Of a stretch of 64,000 nucleotides of DNA, positions 33,048-43,648 are shown piece after piece (positions within the stretch are counted from its first letter, which is position 1; the number at the start of each line of letters is the position of its first letter). Origin of the DNA: Candidatus Poribacteria bacterium (lineage in GTDB: Bacteria > Poribacteria > WGA-4E > WGA-3G); assembly GCA_963665235.2 (NCBI GenBank), contig CAXXLX010000001.1:1184001-1248000 (forward strand), given 5' to 3'. The notes under the pieces were generated by a model. The model was not told the origin of the DNA. It saw nothing but the letters and a program-made list of their open reading frames with translations, and did not search any database. A program made the translations under genes and the position numbers.

Positions 33048-33593
33048 CTATTGCTGTTTTTTCTTTGAATACATCCACAAGGCTCTATCCAAGGTGCGCA
33101 TATCAACATTATTTCTTTCCGCAAGGGCTCGGCAAAAAGCCACGTACTCCTGCCAGAATGTGAATGAATAATTGAATGAATAATTGTAGTTATCCACACT
33201 GAGAGACCATATTGTACGAACATCTATAATTGGATACGGTGCTTCGTGAAAGAGGTGGAGAACCGCAGAGGCAGTTGGAAATCCAATACCCTTAAGCTGG
33301 GTTAAAATGTCCCACCTGACGCGTTCGTCTTGGCTTTTCAATGCATAGCCCGTAATTTCTCTTACGTAACCTTCACTGTTTTCAGCGATGAGACCAGCGC
33401 GACGCGGCGATTTCCATGTTGCAACTTCTTTAAGTAACTCTCGATCAAGATATCCTTGTTGTTGTACCGTGTCAACTATATCTCTATCTGTTAATTCCAT
33501 TTCACGTTGGAATTGTACTTCATTATTAGAACAATATTGTAAGTACTGATCTGCCCAATATGATATTTCAGATTCAGGAAAACGCAATTTCAT
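33048..33593 (-). CDS. HhH-GPD-like (DNA glycosylase fold) hypothetical protein
   Basis: LTQLKGIGFPTASAVLH...YPIIDVR...RTLDRALW. Confidence 0.65.
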   Translation of the reverse strand: MKLRFPESEISYWADQYLQYCSNNEVQFQREMELTDRDIVDTVQQQGYLDRELLKEVATWKSPRRAGLIAENSEGYVREITGYALKSQDERVRWDILTQLKGIGFPTASAVLHLFHEAPYPIIDVRTIWSLSVDNYNYSFNYSFTFWQEYVAFCRALAERNNVDMRTLDRALWMYSKKKQQ

Positions 33594-33694
33594 TATTATA
33601 CCTCCTTCCCAGCCCAAGCCCTAACGAGGCGAGCGCATTTTGTGTTTCAGTTTCGCAATCGATCCTCTTTCTCCGCAGAGAGCTAAATCCTTGC

Positions 33695-34867
33695 TTAAGC
33701 TTGATATACTTCTGCCGCAGCGCGCACAGCGGTCCCCGCCTCAACACGATGTCCGTATTCAATCAGAAGTTTCTCCATCGCGTTCAAAACGAGTAGGACA
33801 TTCTGCTCGTTGCATGCGTCGCCCATCAGACCGATACGCCATGCTTTTCCAGCAAAAATACCCAAACCGCCCCCAATTTCAATTCCGTAATCTTGAATGA
33901 GACGTTTCCGTATCGTAGCATCGTCAATACCGTCGGGAATACGCAACGTTGTCAGCATAGGCGCACGGTGGTCTTCCGCTGCGAGGGGTTGTAAACCGAT
34001 AGCAGACGCACCTGCTAACAACGCCTTCGCATTGTGTTCATGCCGTTCATAACGTGCCGATACGCCCTCCTCTAACACAACGCGGAGCCCCTCACGAAGC
34101 GCGTAAACAAGAGACATAGAGAGTGTATGATGATAACTTCGGGTGTCCCCGTACCAATATTTTTCAAGTAATGTCATATCCAAATAGAAGCTTTGAATCT
34201 TCGTTTTCCGTTTCCGAATCGCTTCTACCGCACGAGCACTGAAACTTACAGGTGAAAGCCCCGGCGGACACCCAAGACATTTTTGCGTACAACTATAGGC
34301 TATATCAATCCCCCGGGCATCCAAGTCAACAGGTTGACCGCCGAGCGATGTAACACAATCCGCGAGAAACAGAGCACCTGATTGGTGTGCAATCTCAATC
34401 AGCGGTTCCAAAGGTTGCAGAATGCCAGTAGAGGTCTCGACGTGAACAACAGCAACGAGTTTTGGCTTAATTTCCGCACAAGCCCCGGCAATTTGTTCCG
34501 GCGTAATGGCAGTCCCCCATTCGCTTTGGATAGGTGTAACATTCGCACCGCACCGTTCGGCAATATCCGCAATACGGCCGCCGAAATACCCATTAATCCC
34601 AACGAGCACATCATCCCCCGGTTCAATAACGTTGGTAATGGCTGCCTCCATGCCAGCAGTCCCTGTCCCGGAAACAGGTAACGTGAGCGGGTTTTGGGTA
34701 CCATAAACTTGCCGTAAGAGCGCGACAGTCTCATCCATCACCTGGACGAAATCCGCATCCAAATAACCGAGCATAGGCGTTGTCATCGCTTTCAGTACCC
34801 GCGGGTTCGCCGTACTGGGCCCAGGCCCGAGCAAAATACGCGGCGGCACTTTCAATTCATCATACAC
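33695..34867 (-). CDS. Alanine--glyoxylate / serine--pyruvate aminotransferase (class V)
   Basis: LLGPGPS, VHVETSTG, SCTQKCLGCPPG. Confidence 0.92.
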   Translation of the reverse strand: MYDELKVPPRILLGPGPSTANPRVLKAMTTPMLGYLDADFVQVMDETVALLRQVYGTQNPLTLPVSGTGTAGMEAAITNVIEPGDDVLVGINGYFGGRIADIAERCGANVTPIQSEWGTAITPEQIAGACAEIKPKLVAVVHVETSTGILQPLEPLIEIAHQSGALFLADCVTSLGGQPVDLDARGIDIAYSCTQKCLGCPPGLSPVSFSARAVEAIRKRKTKIQSFYLDMTLLEKYWYGDTRSYHHTLSMSLVYALREGLRVVLEEGVSARYERHEHNAKALLAGASAIGLQPLAAEDHRAPMLTTLRIPDGIDDATIRKRLIQDYGIEIGGGLGIFAGKAWRIGLMGDACNEQNVLLVLNAMEKLLIEYGHRVEAGTAVRAAAEVYQA

Positions 34868-35002
34868 TATTCTCGCCGTCTCCTTTTCTATTTACAAAAG
34901 CGCGAAATGTGTGAAGAGGGACAAGCAGAAAAACTTGTCCCTACAATAAAAAGTTTGCTCCCTGCTTGCAGGAGCAGGAAACAAACCTTGTAGTTCAATT
35001 GC

Positions 35003-38000
35003 CTATTCACTATCGTCCGCATCAACCCGCTGCGTGCTGATATTCTTAGACTTCATATAATTCAGAATCTGCTGCGCTTTACTAAGCGAATAGGTAATCG
35101 CTTTGTCAAGCTGCGGGTCGTTAGGAATAGACTCTTTGTACTTCTCAGGCAACTTTTTGAAGTAATACCACGCATCCGCGTAATACCTTTCATCCTCTTT
35201 ATCCGCAATGACTAAATACGCCTCGGCTATCTGAACGTAGGACAAATCACCATATTTAGTCGTCGGATATGCCGTAAGGATTGCCTGAAACTTGGTAATT
35301 GCCTCCCGAAGGATAGACTCCCTATTAGCAGGCCCACTCAGCTTGCCTTTGTCAAGCACACCACTTGCATGCTGATACTCATTATTCGCAAGCACGTTAG
35401 CCGTTTCATTAAGGTAGGCTTCAGCCGTCCCTTTGGACTCATCGCTGATACCGGGCGTGTTGAGCGCACGGCGATAGTTTTCAATCGCCTTCTGATACAG
35501 TGCAATTTGAGCCGGTTTCTCAAGCGATTCGTCCAACGCAGCATTGTAGTACTTATTGCCGATGTTGATTAAAGCCTCAGCAATGAGCGGACTGCTCGGA
35601 TACTCAGCGACAAGTGTTTCGTTCGTTTCAAGCAGCTTGTCATAGTATTCCTGCTGTTTCGCTGCATCCTCTACCGCCGCTGCCGACTCTGTCAGCAACT
35701 GGTAACAACTTGCAATAGCATAGAGCGACTCGGGTGCCTTTTCGTGGGTTTTATTGACACGGCGCACCTTCCCATACTCAACAATTGCCTTCTGATACTG
35801 CTCGGTGGCGAAGTAGCTCTCGCCAGCTTGATACTGCCAGAGGGCCGCATCTTTCGCTTGCGGGAAACGTCTCACCAAATCGTTGAAGAATCTAACCGAA
35901 CCATCAAAGTAAGCAATAGCTTGCGGAGACATCTCCTCATCAATACCTGCCTGCATACGACCCAAGTCGAAGTTCGCTGAGGCAAGATAGGTTAGTGCTG
36001 TCTCCACGTTCTTTGTTAAGTCTGCGGAAGCGGAAAATACACCCTGGTCGGCGTATTTGACAAATTCTGTCAGCGGTTCAAGCGACAGCGTCAACTCTTC
36101 ACGCCGCCTAACACCTGCACCCACAGAATAGTAAATCTGACCAGCCTGATAAAGGGAGTTCTGGACGTACGGAATAACCGTCTTTTTATCTGCCTTCTCC
36201 ACAGGGGCCGCAAGTTTACTCACTTCAAAAAACGCACTCGCTGCTTGATTACTTGCATCAATATACGGTTGAAGCTCCGTGCCATCGGTATTAGAAAAGA
36301 GGGAACGCGCTTTATCGGAATAGAGATAACCGAGATTGTACTGTACCTGCACCTTCCTCGAAACCGTTGCATTCGGATTAGCCTGCACTGTTTTTACTGC
36401 CTCAACCGCCTCCACAATTGCATCCTCTAAACGTCCTAATTTGACGTAGAGATCAGAACGACGGATACCCGCGTCAGCAACCATAGAAGCAATATTACTA
36501 TCCTGTTCCGTGCCGTAATTAGCAACCAAGGTTTGGAACGTTTCTAACGCATTATCCGGTTGGTTCAGCTTGTCTTGATAAAGGAGCCCAAGCCGATAGT
36601 AGGATTGCGCTTTAACAATCGCATTCTCAAGGAACTGAATCGCATTCTGGTAATTCTCCAAGGCCGCCGGGTACGCCTTGAGCTGTTCATCTTGCGTAAG
36701 TGCTATAGCAAAGTAGGAGCGGCCCTTCAGGTCAGCCTCCTCGGTATTTTCAATAATTTTTTGGTACGCCCTCACCGATGCAGCGTAATCCCCAACTTCA
36801 CCTTGCAGCTCCGCAAGTCGAGAATGGGCCTGGAAGACCAATTTCTTCCTATCAGCATCTTCTGTCTGAGCCTCAAGCGCAGCGACACTGTTAAATGCCT
36901 CAATGGCACCCTTGTTATCCTTAAGCCCCAATCTTGCCAAACCGAGCGTATAACCGGCACGAATGCGGTCATCCGGACTGTCTGTCATCAGAGAAATCTT
37001 CTCAGCCGCACTGACAGCATTTTGAAAAGCAAGCTGGGCAGACTCGGCATCACCCGCATCTTCCGCTTTCTGAGCTATTTGGTAATAGCAAACCGCCGCT
37101 TGATATTGCGCGTTTACAGCAATGTCGTTATCCGGGAAAGTCTCCACGAAAAGCAAATACGCAGCGAGAGCCTCCTCATAACGTTCTTTGCTATAATATG
37201 TATGCCCAATTTTCAGCAAGGAGCGCACACGCGCCTCTTCCGGCGAACGGGTATTATTAAAAATCGTCTGAAGACTTTCAACAACGGTCTCTATATCGTC
37301 CGCATTCGTGTTTTCAATAGCGGTCGCCCTAATCAAATCAATGTGACCGAGCGTCCGAAGCACCGCATCTTCGGCACTGTTAATATATTTCGTACTCGCT
37401 TCGTCTGCTGTCTGAAGCACAAGACCCCATTTAGCAGTATCCCCATGTTTTTGCGCAGCATCTCGGTAGACAAGCACTAAACCGTAATACGCCTCAATCA
37501 GATTCGGACTATCCGCATACTTTTCAAGCATCTGCTTAAAGGCCGCTTCCGACTTCTCTAAAAGGGAGGCATCCTCGGAGGAAGCATGGTAGTAGCAAAG
37601 CCCAACGAAGTAAAGCGCATCATCAGCATATTCACCCGTCGGATTGCCTTCCACAACCGCCTCATACTGCGCGGCTGCCTCTATAAACCGCTCCTCTGCT
37701 CGCAACAAATCAGCAAGTTTAATCTCTGCTAACGAACGGTTATCAGGCTTAAGGTTCGGTAAAATTGTATTGTAATAAGTAATCGCCTCCGCTTTGTTAC
37801 CCTGCGTCACATAACTGTTCGCAGTGAGCAGAAGCGCACGTTCGTAATACTCACTGTGGTCAGGTATCATCGTATACCGCTCGCGAGCATCATCCCAATT
37901 CCCAAGCATCTCATGTGAGAGTGCCTCATTCATCAGACACGCCTCAACTTGCGCAATGCGCTCCTTAAAGTCCTGATAGCGGCCCTCCTCAATACCCGGC

Positions 38001-39706
38001 AAGAAAGCCGCATCTGAAAACATTTCAATCGCAGCTTGATACGCCTGAATAGACTGCTGTAAGTAGTCCGTATTGAAATTTGTGCCATCATCGCCATCCT
38101 GATAACCTTCTGGCTTAGCAGCTTCATAGTAGGAACGTCCCTCAAAAAACTTGCCCATCAACTTGATGAGATGGAACTTCGGCAACGGACGATACTCCCA
38201 CAACTTGGCATACTCTTCAGCCGCTTCAATATACTGTTTAAACTCAGTCCGTTTGATATCCGCGAACCGGAGTTGAACTTCCGCAGCAAGAATATCCAGC
38301 TCGTTATCGTTTTTGTTCTTATTTATGAACTCATAAGCGACGCGCTCTAATTCTTCCTTGCGTCCGAGATCGTTCAACGTCCAAATCGCCCCATATAAGG
38401 CATGCGGTGCAACAGAATCCTCAGGAAATTCGTCAATCGTTTTCTGATACCACTGTAAAGCCAGCTCTAAGCTTGTCGTTGCAGCGTCCGTTTCACCCGC
38501 ATCTTGCTGGGCAGTTCCCAATTTATAATAGGACTCCCCAATCTGATAGGAGCTATACGGAACATAATCCGTCACATCGGCATGTTCGTTAAGCACACGT
38601 TCATACGCCGCAGCCGCCTCGTTCCATGCACCAAGCTGGAACTGACTATCCGCTATACCGATTTTGGCATCTGCTACAAAGTCGCTGTCCGGATACTCCG
38701 AAAGAAGTAGGTTATACGAAACGACAGCATTTTCATAGTCCTTCTGGTCATAATAGGTACGCCCGATATTAGACTGAATCTCCGCCTGGAGCGCCCGATC
38801 CGCTGTGTTTTGCAAGGCAAGCTCATAATTGATGCGTGCATTGTCATAGTCACCTAACCGAGAGTAAATCGACCCTAAATCAAAATAGGCAGCTGTGACA
38901 TACTGGCTTTCTGGAAATTGTGTGATGAAATTCGTATACCGCTCAATCGCTTCGTCTTCTCTATCGCGTAGCTGATTTATGCAGTAAGCCGCTTTATACA
39001 TCGCCTCCGCCTGCAACTCGGGATAGTTCTTAAATTCCTCGGTATTAATCTTATCGAATTCCTGATACGCTTGCGTATAATCGTTCTCATTCAGGAAAGA
39101 CTGGGCAATGAGATGCTGGGCATCATCCTTAAAATCGGAGTTCGGAAAACCATCGAGCACCTCTTTGAACGCAGAACGTGAAGATTCGTAGTTCTTCAGC
39201 TTATAGTTCAATTGCCCGATAGCATACCAAGCATTCTCCACCTGGATACTGTTCGGAAAATTTTCAATCAGTTGTGTAAATTTCGCCTCCGCAAGGTCAA
39301 ACTGCTCCGTACGATAGAGAATATGCCCCCAAAGATACGTCAAACCTTCCTGGTGTTTCGGGACAGTCGCCGTCGGTGCAACCTTCTCTATAAACTCAAT
39401 CGCGGTTTCGTAATGATTGACATCACCTGTCTGTTCAGCGAGCCGAGAGTAGGTAACCGCAATTTTAAAATTCGCGAGCGTTGGAAAATCCTTGTCAATA
39501 ACCTCTGTTTTCACGCCTCGCTTCGTTGATTCTTCAAGTGCCTCCTGGTACTTGGCTATCGCCCCTTCATAGTCCGCCTGACTAAAAAGATCTTCAGCAG
39601 ACCGGTACAACTCTTCAACTTTTTTGGAGCTGCCCATCATAAAAGGTGATAAAAGCGCAAGGACCAGGGCAAGCCCTCCAATGATTCCCAAAATGCGTGG
39701 GTTCAT
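35003..39706 (-). CDS. Giant membrane-anchored TPR protein (1567 aa)
   Basis: N-terminal hydrophobic anchor; many TPR-like repeats ending in FP/YP-x-S. Confidence 0.9.
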   Translation of the reverse strand: MNPRILGIIGGLALVLALLSPFMMGSSKKVEELYRSAEDLFSQADYEGAIAKYQEALEESTKRGVKTEVIDKDFPTLANFKIAVTYSRLAEQTGDVNHYETAIEFIEKVAPTATVPKHQEGLTYLWGHILYRTEQFDLAEAKFTQLIENFPNSIQVENAWYAIGQLNYKLKNYESSRSAFKEVLDGFPNSDFKDDAQHLIAQSFLNENDYTQAYQEFDKINTEEFKNYPELQAEAMYKAAYCINQLRDREDEAIERYTNFITQFPESQYVTAAYFDLGSIYSRLGDYDNARINYELALQNTADRALQAEIQSNIGRTYYDQKDYENAVVSYNLLLSEYPDSDFVADAKIGIADSQFQLGAWNEAAAAYERVLNEHADVTDYVPYSSYQIGESYYKLGTAQQDAGETDAATTSLELALQWYQKTIDEFPEDSVAPHALYGAIWTLNDLGRKEELERVAYEFINKNKNDNELDILAAEVQLRFADIKRTEFKQYIEAAEEYAKLWEYRPLPKFHLIKLMGKFFEGRSYYEAAKPEGYQDGDDGTNFNTDYLQQSIQAYQAAIEMFSDAAFLPGIEEGRYQDFKERIAQVEACLMNEALSHEMLGNWDDARERYTMIPDHSEYYERALLLTANSYVTQGNKAEAITYYNTILPNLKPDNRSLAEIKLADLLRAEERFIEAAAQYEAVVEGNPTGEYADDALYFVGLCYYHASSEDASLLEKSEAAFKQMLEKYADSPNLIEAYYGLVLVYRDAAQKHGDTAKWGLVLQTADEASTKYINSAEDAVLRTLGHIDLIRATAIENTNADDIETVVESLQTIFNNTRSPEEARVRSLLKIGHTYYSKERYEEALAAYLLFVETFPDNDIAVNAQYQAAVCYYQIAQKAEDAGDAESAQLAFQNAVSAAEKISLMTDSPDDRIRAGYTLGLARLGLKDNKGAIEAFNSVAALEAQTEDADRKKLVFQAHSRLAELQGEVGDYAASVRAYQKIIENTEEADLKGRSYFAIALTQDEQLKAYPAALENYQNAIQFLENAIVKAQSYYRLGLLYQDKLNQPDNALETFQTLVANYGTEQDSNIASMVADAGIRRSDLYVKLGRLEDAIVEAVEAVKTVQANPNATVSRKVQVQYNLGYLYSDKARSLFSNTDGTELQPYIDASNQAASAFFEVSKLAAPVEKADKKTVIPYVQNSLYQAGQIYYSVGAGVRRREELTLSLEPLTEFVKYADQGVFSASADLTKNVETALTYLASANFDLGRMQAGIDEEMSPQAIAYFDGSVRFFNDLVRRFPQAKDAALWQYQAGESYFATEQYQKAIVEYGKVRRVNKTHEKAPESLYAIASCYQLLTESAAAVEDAAKQQEYYDKLLETNETLVAEYPSSPLIAEALINIGNKYYNAALDESLEKPAQIALYQKAIENYRRALNTPGISDESKGTAEAYLNETANVLANNEYQHASGVLDKGKLSGPANRESILREAITKFQAILTAYPTTKYGDLSYVQIAEAYLVIADKEDERYYADAWYYFKKLPEKYKESIPNDPQLDKAITYSLSKAQQILNYMKSKNISTQRVDADDSE

Positions 39707-39787
39707 TACATCCTCCTTATAGATGTTAAAACGCGGAAAATAGCGTGGATAAAACGCCCTAATTCCGCAAAAAATGTCATAATTTAT

Positions 39788-40600
39788 TTAATCGGAACTT
39801 CTGAAATAGATAGTATTGATGAAATTTGTATACTGCTTAATTGCTTCGTTTAATCTATCGCGCAGCTGGTTTAGGCAGTAAGCCGCTTTATACATTGCCT
39901 CCGCTTGCAACTCCGGATAGTTCTTAAATTCCTCGGTATTAATCTTATCGAATTCTTGATACGCTTGCGTCCAATCGCCTTCATTCAGGAAAGATTGGGC
40001 AATGAGATGCTGAGCATCATCTTTAAAATCCGAATTCGGAAAACCATCGAGCACCTCTTTGAACGCAGAACGTGAAGATTCGTAGTTCTTCAGCTTATAG
40101 TTCAATTGCCCGATAGCATACCAAGCATTCTCCACCTGGATACTGTTCGGAAAATTTTCAATCAGTTGTGTAAACTTCGCCTCCGCAAGGTCAAACTGCT
40201 CCGTCCGATAGAGAATATGCCCCCAAAGATACGTCAAACCTTCCTGGTGTTTCGGGACAGTCGCCGTCGGTGCAACCTTCTCTATAAACTCAATCGCGGT
40301 TTCGTAATGATTGACATCACCTGTCTGTTCAGCGAGCCGAGAGTAGGTGACCGCGATTTTAAAATTGGCGAGCGTTTGGAAATCCTTGTCAATAATTTCT
40401 GTTTTCACACCCCACTTCGTCGATTCTTCAAGTGCCTCCTGGTACTTGACTATCGCCCCTTCATAGTCCGCTTGACTAAAAAGAGCTTCAGCAGACCGGT
40501 AAAACTCTTCAACCTTTTCGGAGCTGCCCATCATAAAAGGTGATAAAAGCGCAAGAACTAGGGCAAGCCCTCCAGCGATTCCCAAAATGCGTAGGTCCAT
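39788..40600 (-). CDS. Truncated near-identical duplicate of the TPR protein N-terminus (270 aa)
   Basis: About 260 aa almost identical to the start of 35003-39706; the tail derives from duplicated anti-sigma 3' sequence. Confidence 0.8.
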   Translation of the reverse strand: MDLRILGIAGGLALVLALLSPFMMGSSEKVEEFYRSAEALFSQADYEGAIVKYQEALEESTKWGVKTEIIDKDFQTLANFKIAVTYSRLAEQTGDVNHYETAIEFIEKVAPTATVPKHQEGLTYLWGHILYRTEQFDLAEAKFTQLIENFPNSIQVENAWYAIGQLNYKLKNYESSRSAFKEVLDGFPNSDFKDDAQHLIAQSFLNEGDWTQAYQEFDKINTEEFKNYPELQAEAMYKAAYCLNQLRDRLNEAIKQYTNFINTIYFRSSD

Positions 40601-40664
40601 TACATACTCCTTATCAACCGGTGCTAAATAGCACAGATAAAACGCCCTAATTCCGCAAAAAGTG

Positions 40665-41621
40665 TCATAACTTAATCGGAACTTCTGGAATAGCTAGTAT
40701 TTCTGATGGAACGTCCATCAATTTCTTAAAATTAAAAAACCGAGGCACACTGCGTCGCTTCCGTTGATACACCTCTGAAAATAGTGTGACTTGTGGTTCC
40801 AACGGAGATGCCGCGTACCTATTTTCTTGTAAAAGCGGTTTCTTATCTCCTATGTCCAAATCCATAGAACTTTTTGTGAGTTGAGACCCCACGCCGAGCT
40901 GCCAATTCGGCATTGCCAAATCAACACCACGATTCGTGCCTGTCTCTTGTTGCGTCGCAATGCCCCCCTTCTGGAGTACCCTCACAGCTTCGCCTGCTAA
41001 CGGCTCAATCAATATCCAATAACCTTCCTCCTGCGTATTCGCTGCAAGAGAAGGGGAACTAACCTCTGTCGGGGCCCTCCGCTTCGCGCTACTTTCGCTG
41101 TAACCTCGATTCCGTAACTTGGCTTCCACGCTGGTACCAGCAAGGACCGTCTCGCGCACGCTGCTTACATCCCGCGGATACGCCGAATCGGGGTGCCGCT
41201 CCTGTTTCAGTATAAAAGGCACCGTGATTACCGCAGCGAATGCCAATAAAAGAGCATAGCGAGGTAACGCATACCGACTGCCACGGAGATATCGGTCAAA
41301 GCGTTGATGACATTGTGTCAGCAACCCCCAGATACATCGTGCTATAGAGACTTTCAACCGGTGACTTAGCGGAATAGGGGGCATACGTTCAAGAGTTTGA
41401 TGCAATTCCACTTCAAATTGGTGGTAGTAACTCTCTGGCACCTCGGGGACAACATAGAAATCCAGGACAAGCTCACGCGTTTTTTTGAGGGTTGCCACTT
41501 CGTGTTCACACACCCGGCAAGAACGGACATGCGTTTCAACCCGTGCAGCTTCGCGGCTCGTAAGCACATCATCTATATAGTCAGACATAAGACGTTGTAT
41601 AGCATTACATTTCCGTTTCAT
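40665..41621 (-). CDS. Anti-sigma factor (zf-HC2 zinc finger + TM)
   Basis: C...MSDYID...HVRSCRVC; one TM helix; directly downstream of an ECF sigma gene. Confidence 0.85.
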   Translation of the reverse strand: MKRKCNAIQRLMSDYIDDVLTSREAARVETHVRSCRVCEHEVATLKKTRELVLDFYVVPEVPESYYHQFEVELHQTLERMPPIPLSHRLKVSIARCIWGLLTQCHQRFDRYLRGSRYALPRYALLLAFAAVITVPFILKQERHPDSAYPRDVSSVRETVLAGTSVEAKLRNRGYSESSAKRRAPTEVSSPSLAANTQEEGYWILIEPLAGEAVRVLQKGGIATQQETGTNRGVDLAMPNWQLGVGSQLTKSSMDLDIGDKKPLLQENRYAASPLEPQVTLFSEVYQRKRRSVPRFFNFKKLMDVPSEILAIPEVPIKL

Positions 41622-41635
41622 TTTAAAACCACCTA

Positions 41636-42223
41636 CTAAAATTCGGCATTAGCATCAACATACGGTTTCAACAACGTTCGGAGTTGTTTCCGGGCATAAT
41701 GCAAACGTGAACGAACTGTACCCTCAGCACAATCCAAAATGGATGCAATTTCCGAATGCGTCAACCCCTCCAATTCGTGGAGAATAACGACAATTCGATA
41801 CTTGAGGGGAAGGCTATTCACCGCCTTTGTAACCCAATACCGCAATTCTGCCTGTTCCGCCTGGACCGCTGGGTTATTCTTCATTTCCGCCTTTTGCAGA
41901 ACCGTCGGATCAAATTCAATCTCTTCCGTAGTCGCCAGCGGCGTTTCACGTCGCCGCTCACGTTTCTTCACAAAATTGAGTGCTTCATGAACAGCTATCC
42001 GATGCACCCACGTCTTAAACGCTGCCTCCCCACGAAACGTGTGAATAGACTGATACACCTTGATAAAGGTTTCTTGCATCACATCGTTAGCGTCCTCGTG
42101 ATTCTTCGTAATTTGCAACGCGAGGCGGTGCACCATCCGTTTATATTTTTCAATTAACGGGGCTAACGCTGTTTCATCTCCTTCACGGAGATGGTCAATG
42201 AGCAAGGCTTCAGTTCTTTCCAC
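41636..42223 (-). CDS. ECF RNA polymerase sigma factor
   Basis: DANDVMQETFIK, FKTWVHRIA, EIASILDCAEGTVRSRLHYAR. Confidence 0.93.
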   Translation of the reverse strand: MERTEALLIDHLREGDETALAPLIEKYKRMVHRLALQITKNHEDANDVMQETFIKVYQSIHTFRGEAAFKTWVHRIAVHEALNFVKKRERRRETPLATTEEIEFDPTVLQKAEMKNNPAVQAEQAELRYWVTKAVNSLPLKYRIVVILHELEGLTHSEIASILDCAEGTVRSRLHYARKQLRTLLKPYVDANAEF

Positions 42224-42410
42224 AAAAAATTTCTCCTTCGGTTTTACACTATATTAGACAACCCTATTTTAAAAACCGTTCATTTTTTTCAAAAATATTA
42301 TACCATAAATTAAGAATTACGTCTAAAAAAAAGAAAAATTCTTTGTAGAAACCATCTCCCAAGCGTGACTTTCTTATAGAATGAGTCCCTCCCGCCAATC
42401 AGATATCCAT

Positions 42411-42445
42411 AAAAAAAGGGCAGCGTATCCAAAGACACGCTGCCC
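42411..42445 (-). terminator. Rho-independent terminator after the Ig-like lipoprotein gene
   Basis: GGGCAGCGT...ACGCTGCCC stem followed by a T-run on the minus strand. Confidence 0.75.
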
Positions 42446-42467
42446 GGTAAGCGAAATAGTTGAAAAT

Positions 42468-43130
42468 TTACTCTTTAGCCTTCGTAGTAAACACGACACT
42501 GACATCGGCTTCGTTGCCAGAACCGTCTTTAACTTTACCTTTAACTTCGTACTCGGTTTCATTGCCGAGCTCTTGACCAGCAAGTCCTTTGAGGGTTACT
42601 TTAGTATCTTCGTAAGCAACTTCCCAACCCAGATCATCACCGTCGCTTGTAAGCATAACTGCTTCCGAGCCTGCGGAGACAGCTTCATCAAACGTGAGGA
42701 CTATCCCATCTGCAAAGATTTTTTCCGGGTCTTGGTTTTTCGCACCGTTTTCAGGGCTGCTACTGACGAGTTTGGGAGCAGTTTCATCTGCCGCGACGAC
42801 AGTGTAAGTGAGCGACGTGCCATCTGCACCGCCATTCGCCCACGTGACAGTCAGGGTGAGTGTGCCAACATCAAAGGGGCCATTCACAGTTCGATTTTTA
42901 CCGGAGCCCGTAACAGTACCCGCACTGACCTCTACTGCGCCCGGATCACTGCTAAACTTAAGTGCAATATTCGCGTTTGCTGCAAGTTCACTACCGGAGG
43001 CAGGGGTTGCGCTTTCAAACGCTGCATCCGTAGTCCCCGTGTCGTCATCATCGTCTCCGCCACAACCAATCATGTAAACAGAAAGGAGGGCTGCCATAAC
43101 TATAGCTAATGTTCTAAACAATACTTTCAT
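42468..43130 (-). CDS. Lipoprotein with bacterial Ig-like (Big_5-like) domains
   Basis: MIGC lipobox, Asp-rich linker, DETAPKLVSSSPENGA...LTFDEAV...VKDGSGN. Confidence 0.8.
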   Translation of the reverse strand: MKVLFRTLAIVMAALLSVYMIGCGGDDDDDTGTTDAAFESATPASGSELAANANIALKFSSDPGAVEVSAGTVTGSGKNRTVNGPFDVGTLTLTVTWANGGADGTSLTYTVVAADETAPKLVSSSPENGAKNQDPEKIFADGIVLTFDEAVSAGSEAVMLTSDGDDLGWEVAYEDTKVTLKGLAGQELGNETEYEVKGKVKDGSGNEADVSVVFTTKAKE

Positions 43131-43648
43131 GAGTAATTAACTCCTTATCCTTAATTAAGGTTTATCAGAATGTGTACCCATAAATCGGGCACAGAATTAA
43201 ATTCCAGGTCAAATTGATGGAGTTCCCGCGGCGTTGTTCGTAAATTTCAACAGCATAGATGGAAACCTGCCATCATGTGTCTATGTTCAGTCAAGCAATT
43301 TTCAAACTATTTCGTTTTTCGCCCTCCACAAAACGCGGATGGCTCAATTAGTCCTTTGAGAATAAACTTTCTTTTCTGGAGAACTATAGCCTTTTTATAC
43401 CATTGGATAGGCAATTTTCAGTTCTGAAAGTCGATGCCCAAATTCCATACCTTATTAAGTTTAACAAAATTTGCAAACTCTGTAAAGGCAAAAATACCGG
43501 TTTTCGCCATTAATTATACAAAATTTTACGAATTTTGTAAAGCAAAAACGCGATTTTAAATTAATTTATGATAAATTATCACAAAATTCAAATATTAGTC
43601 AAGTTAAAAATTGAAATTTTTCAAATCGGCACCCATTTTACTATCCCA

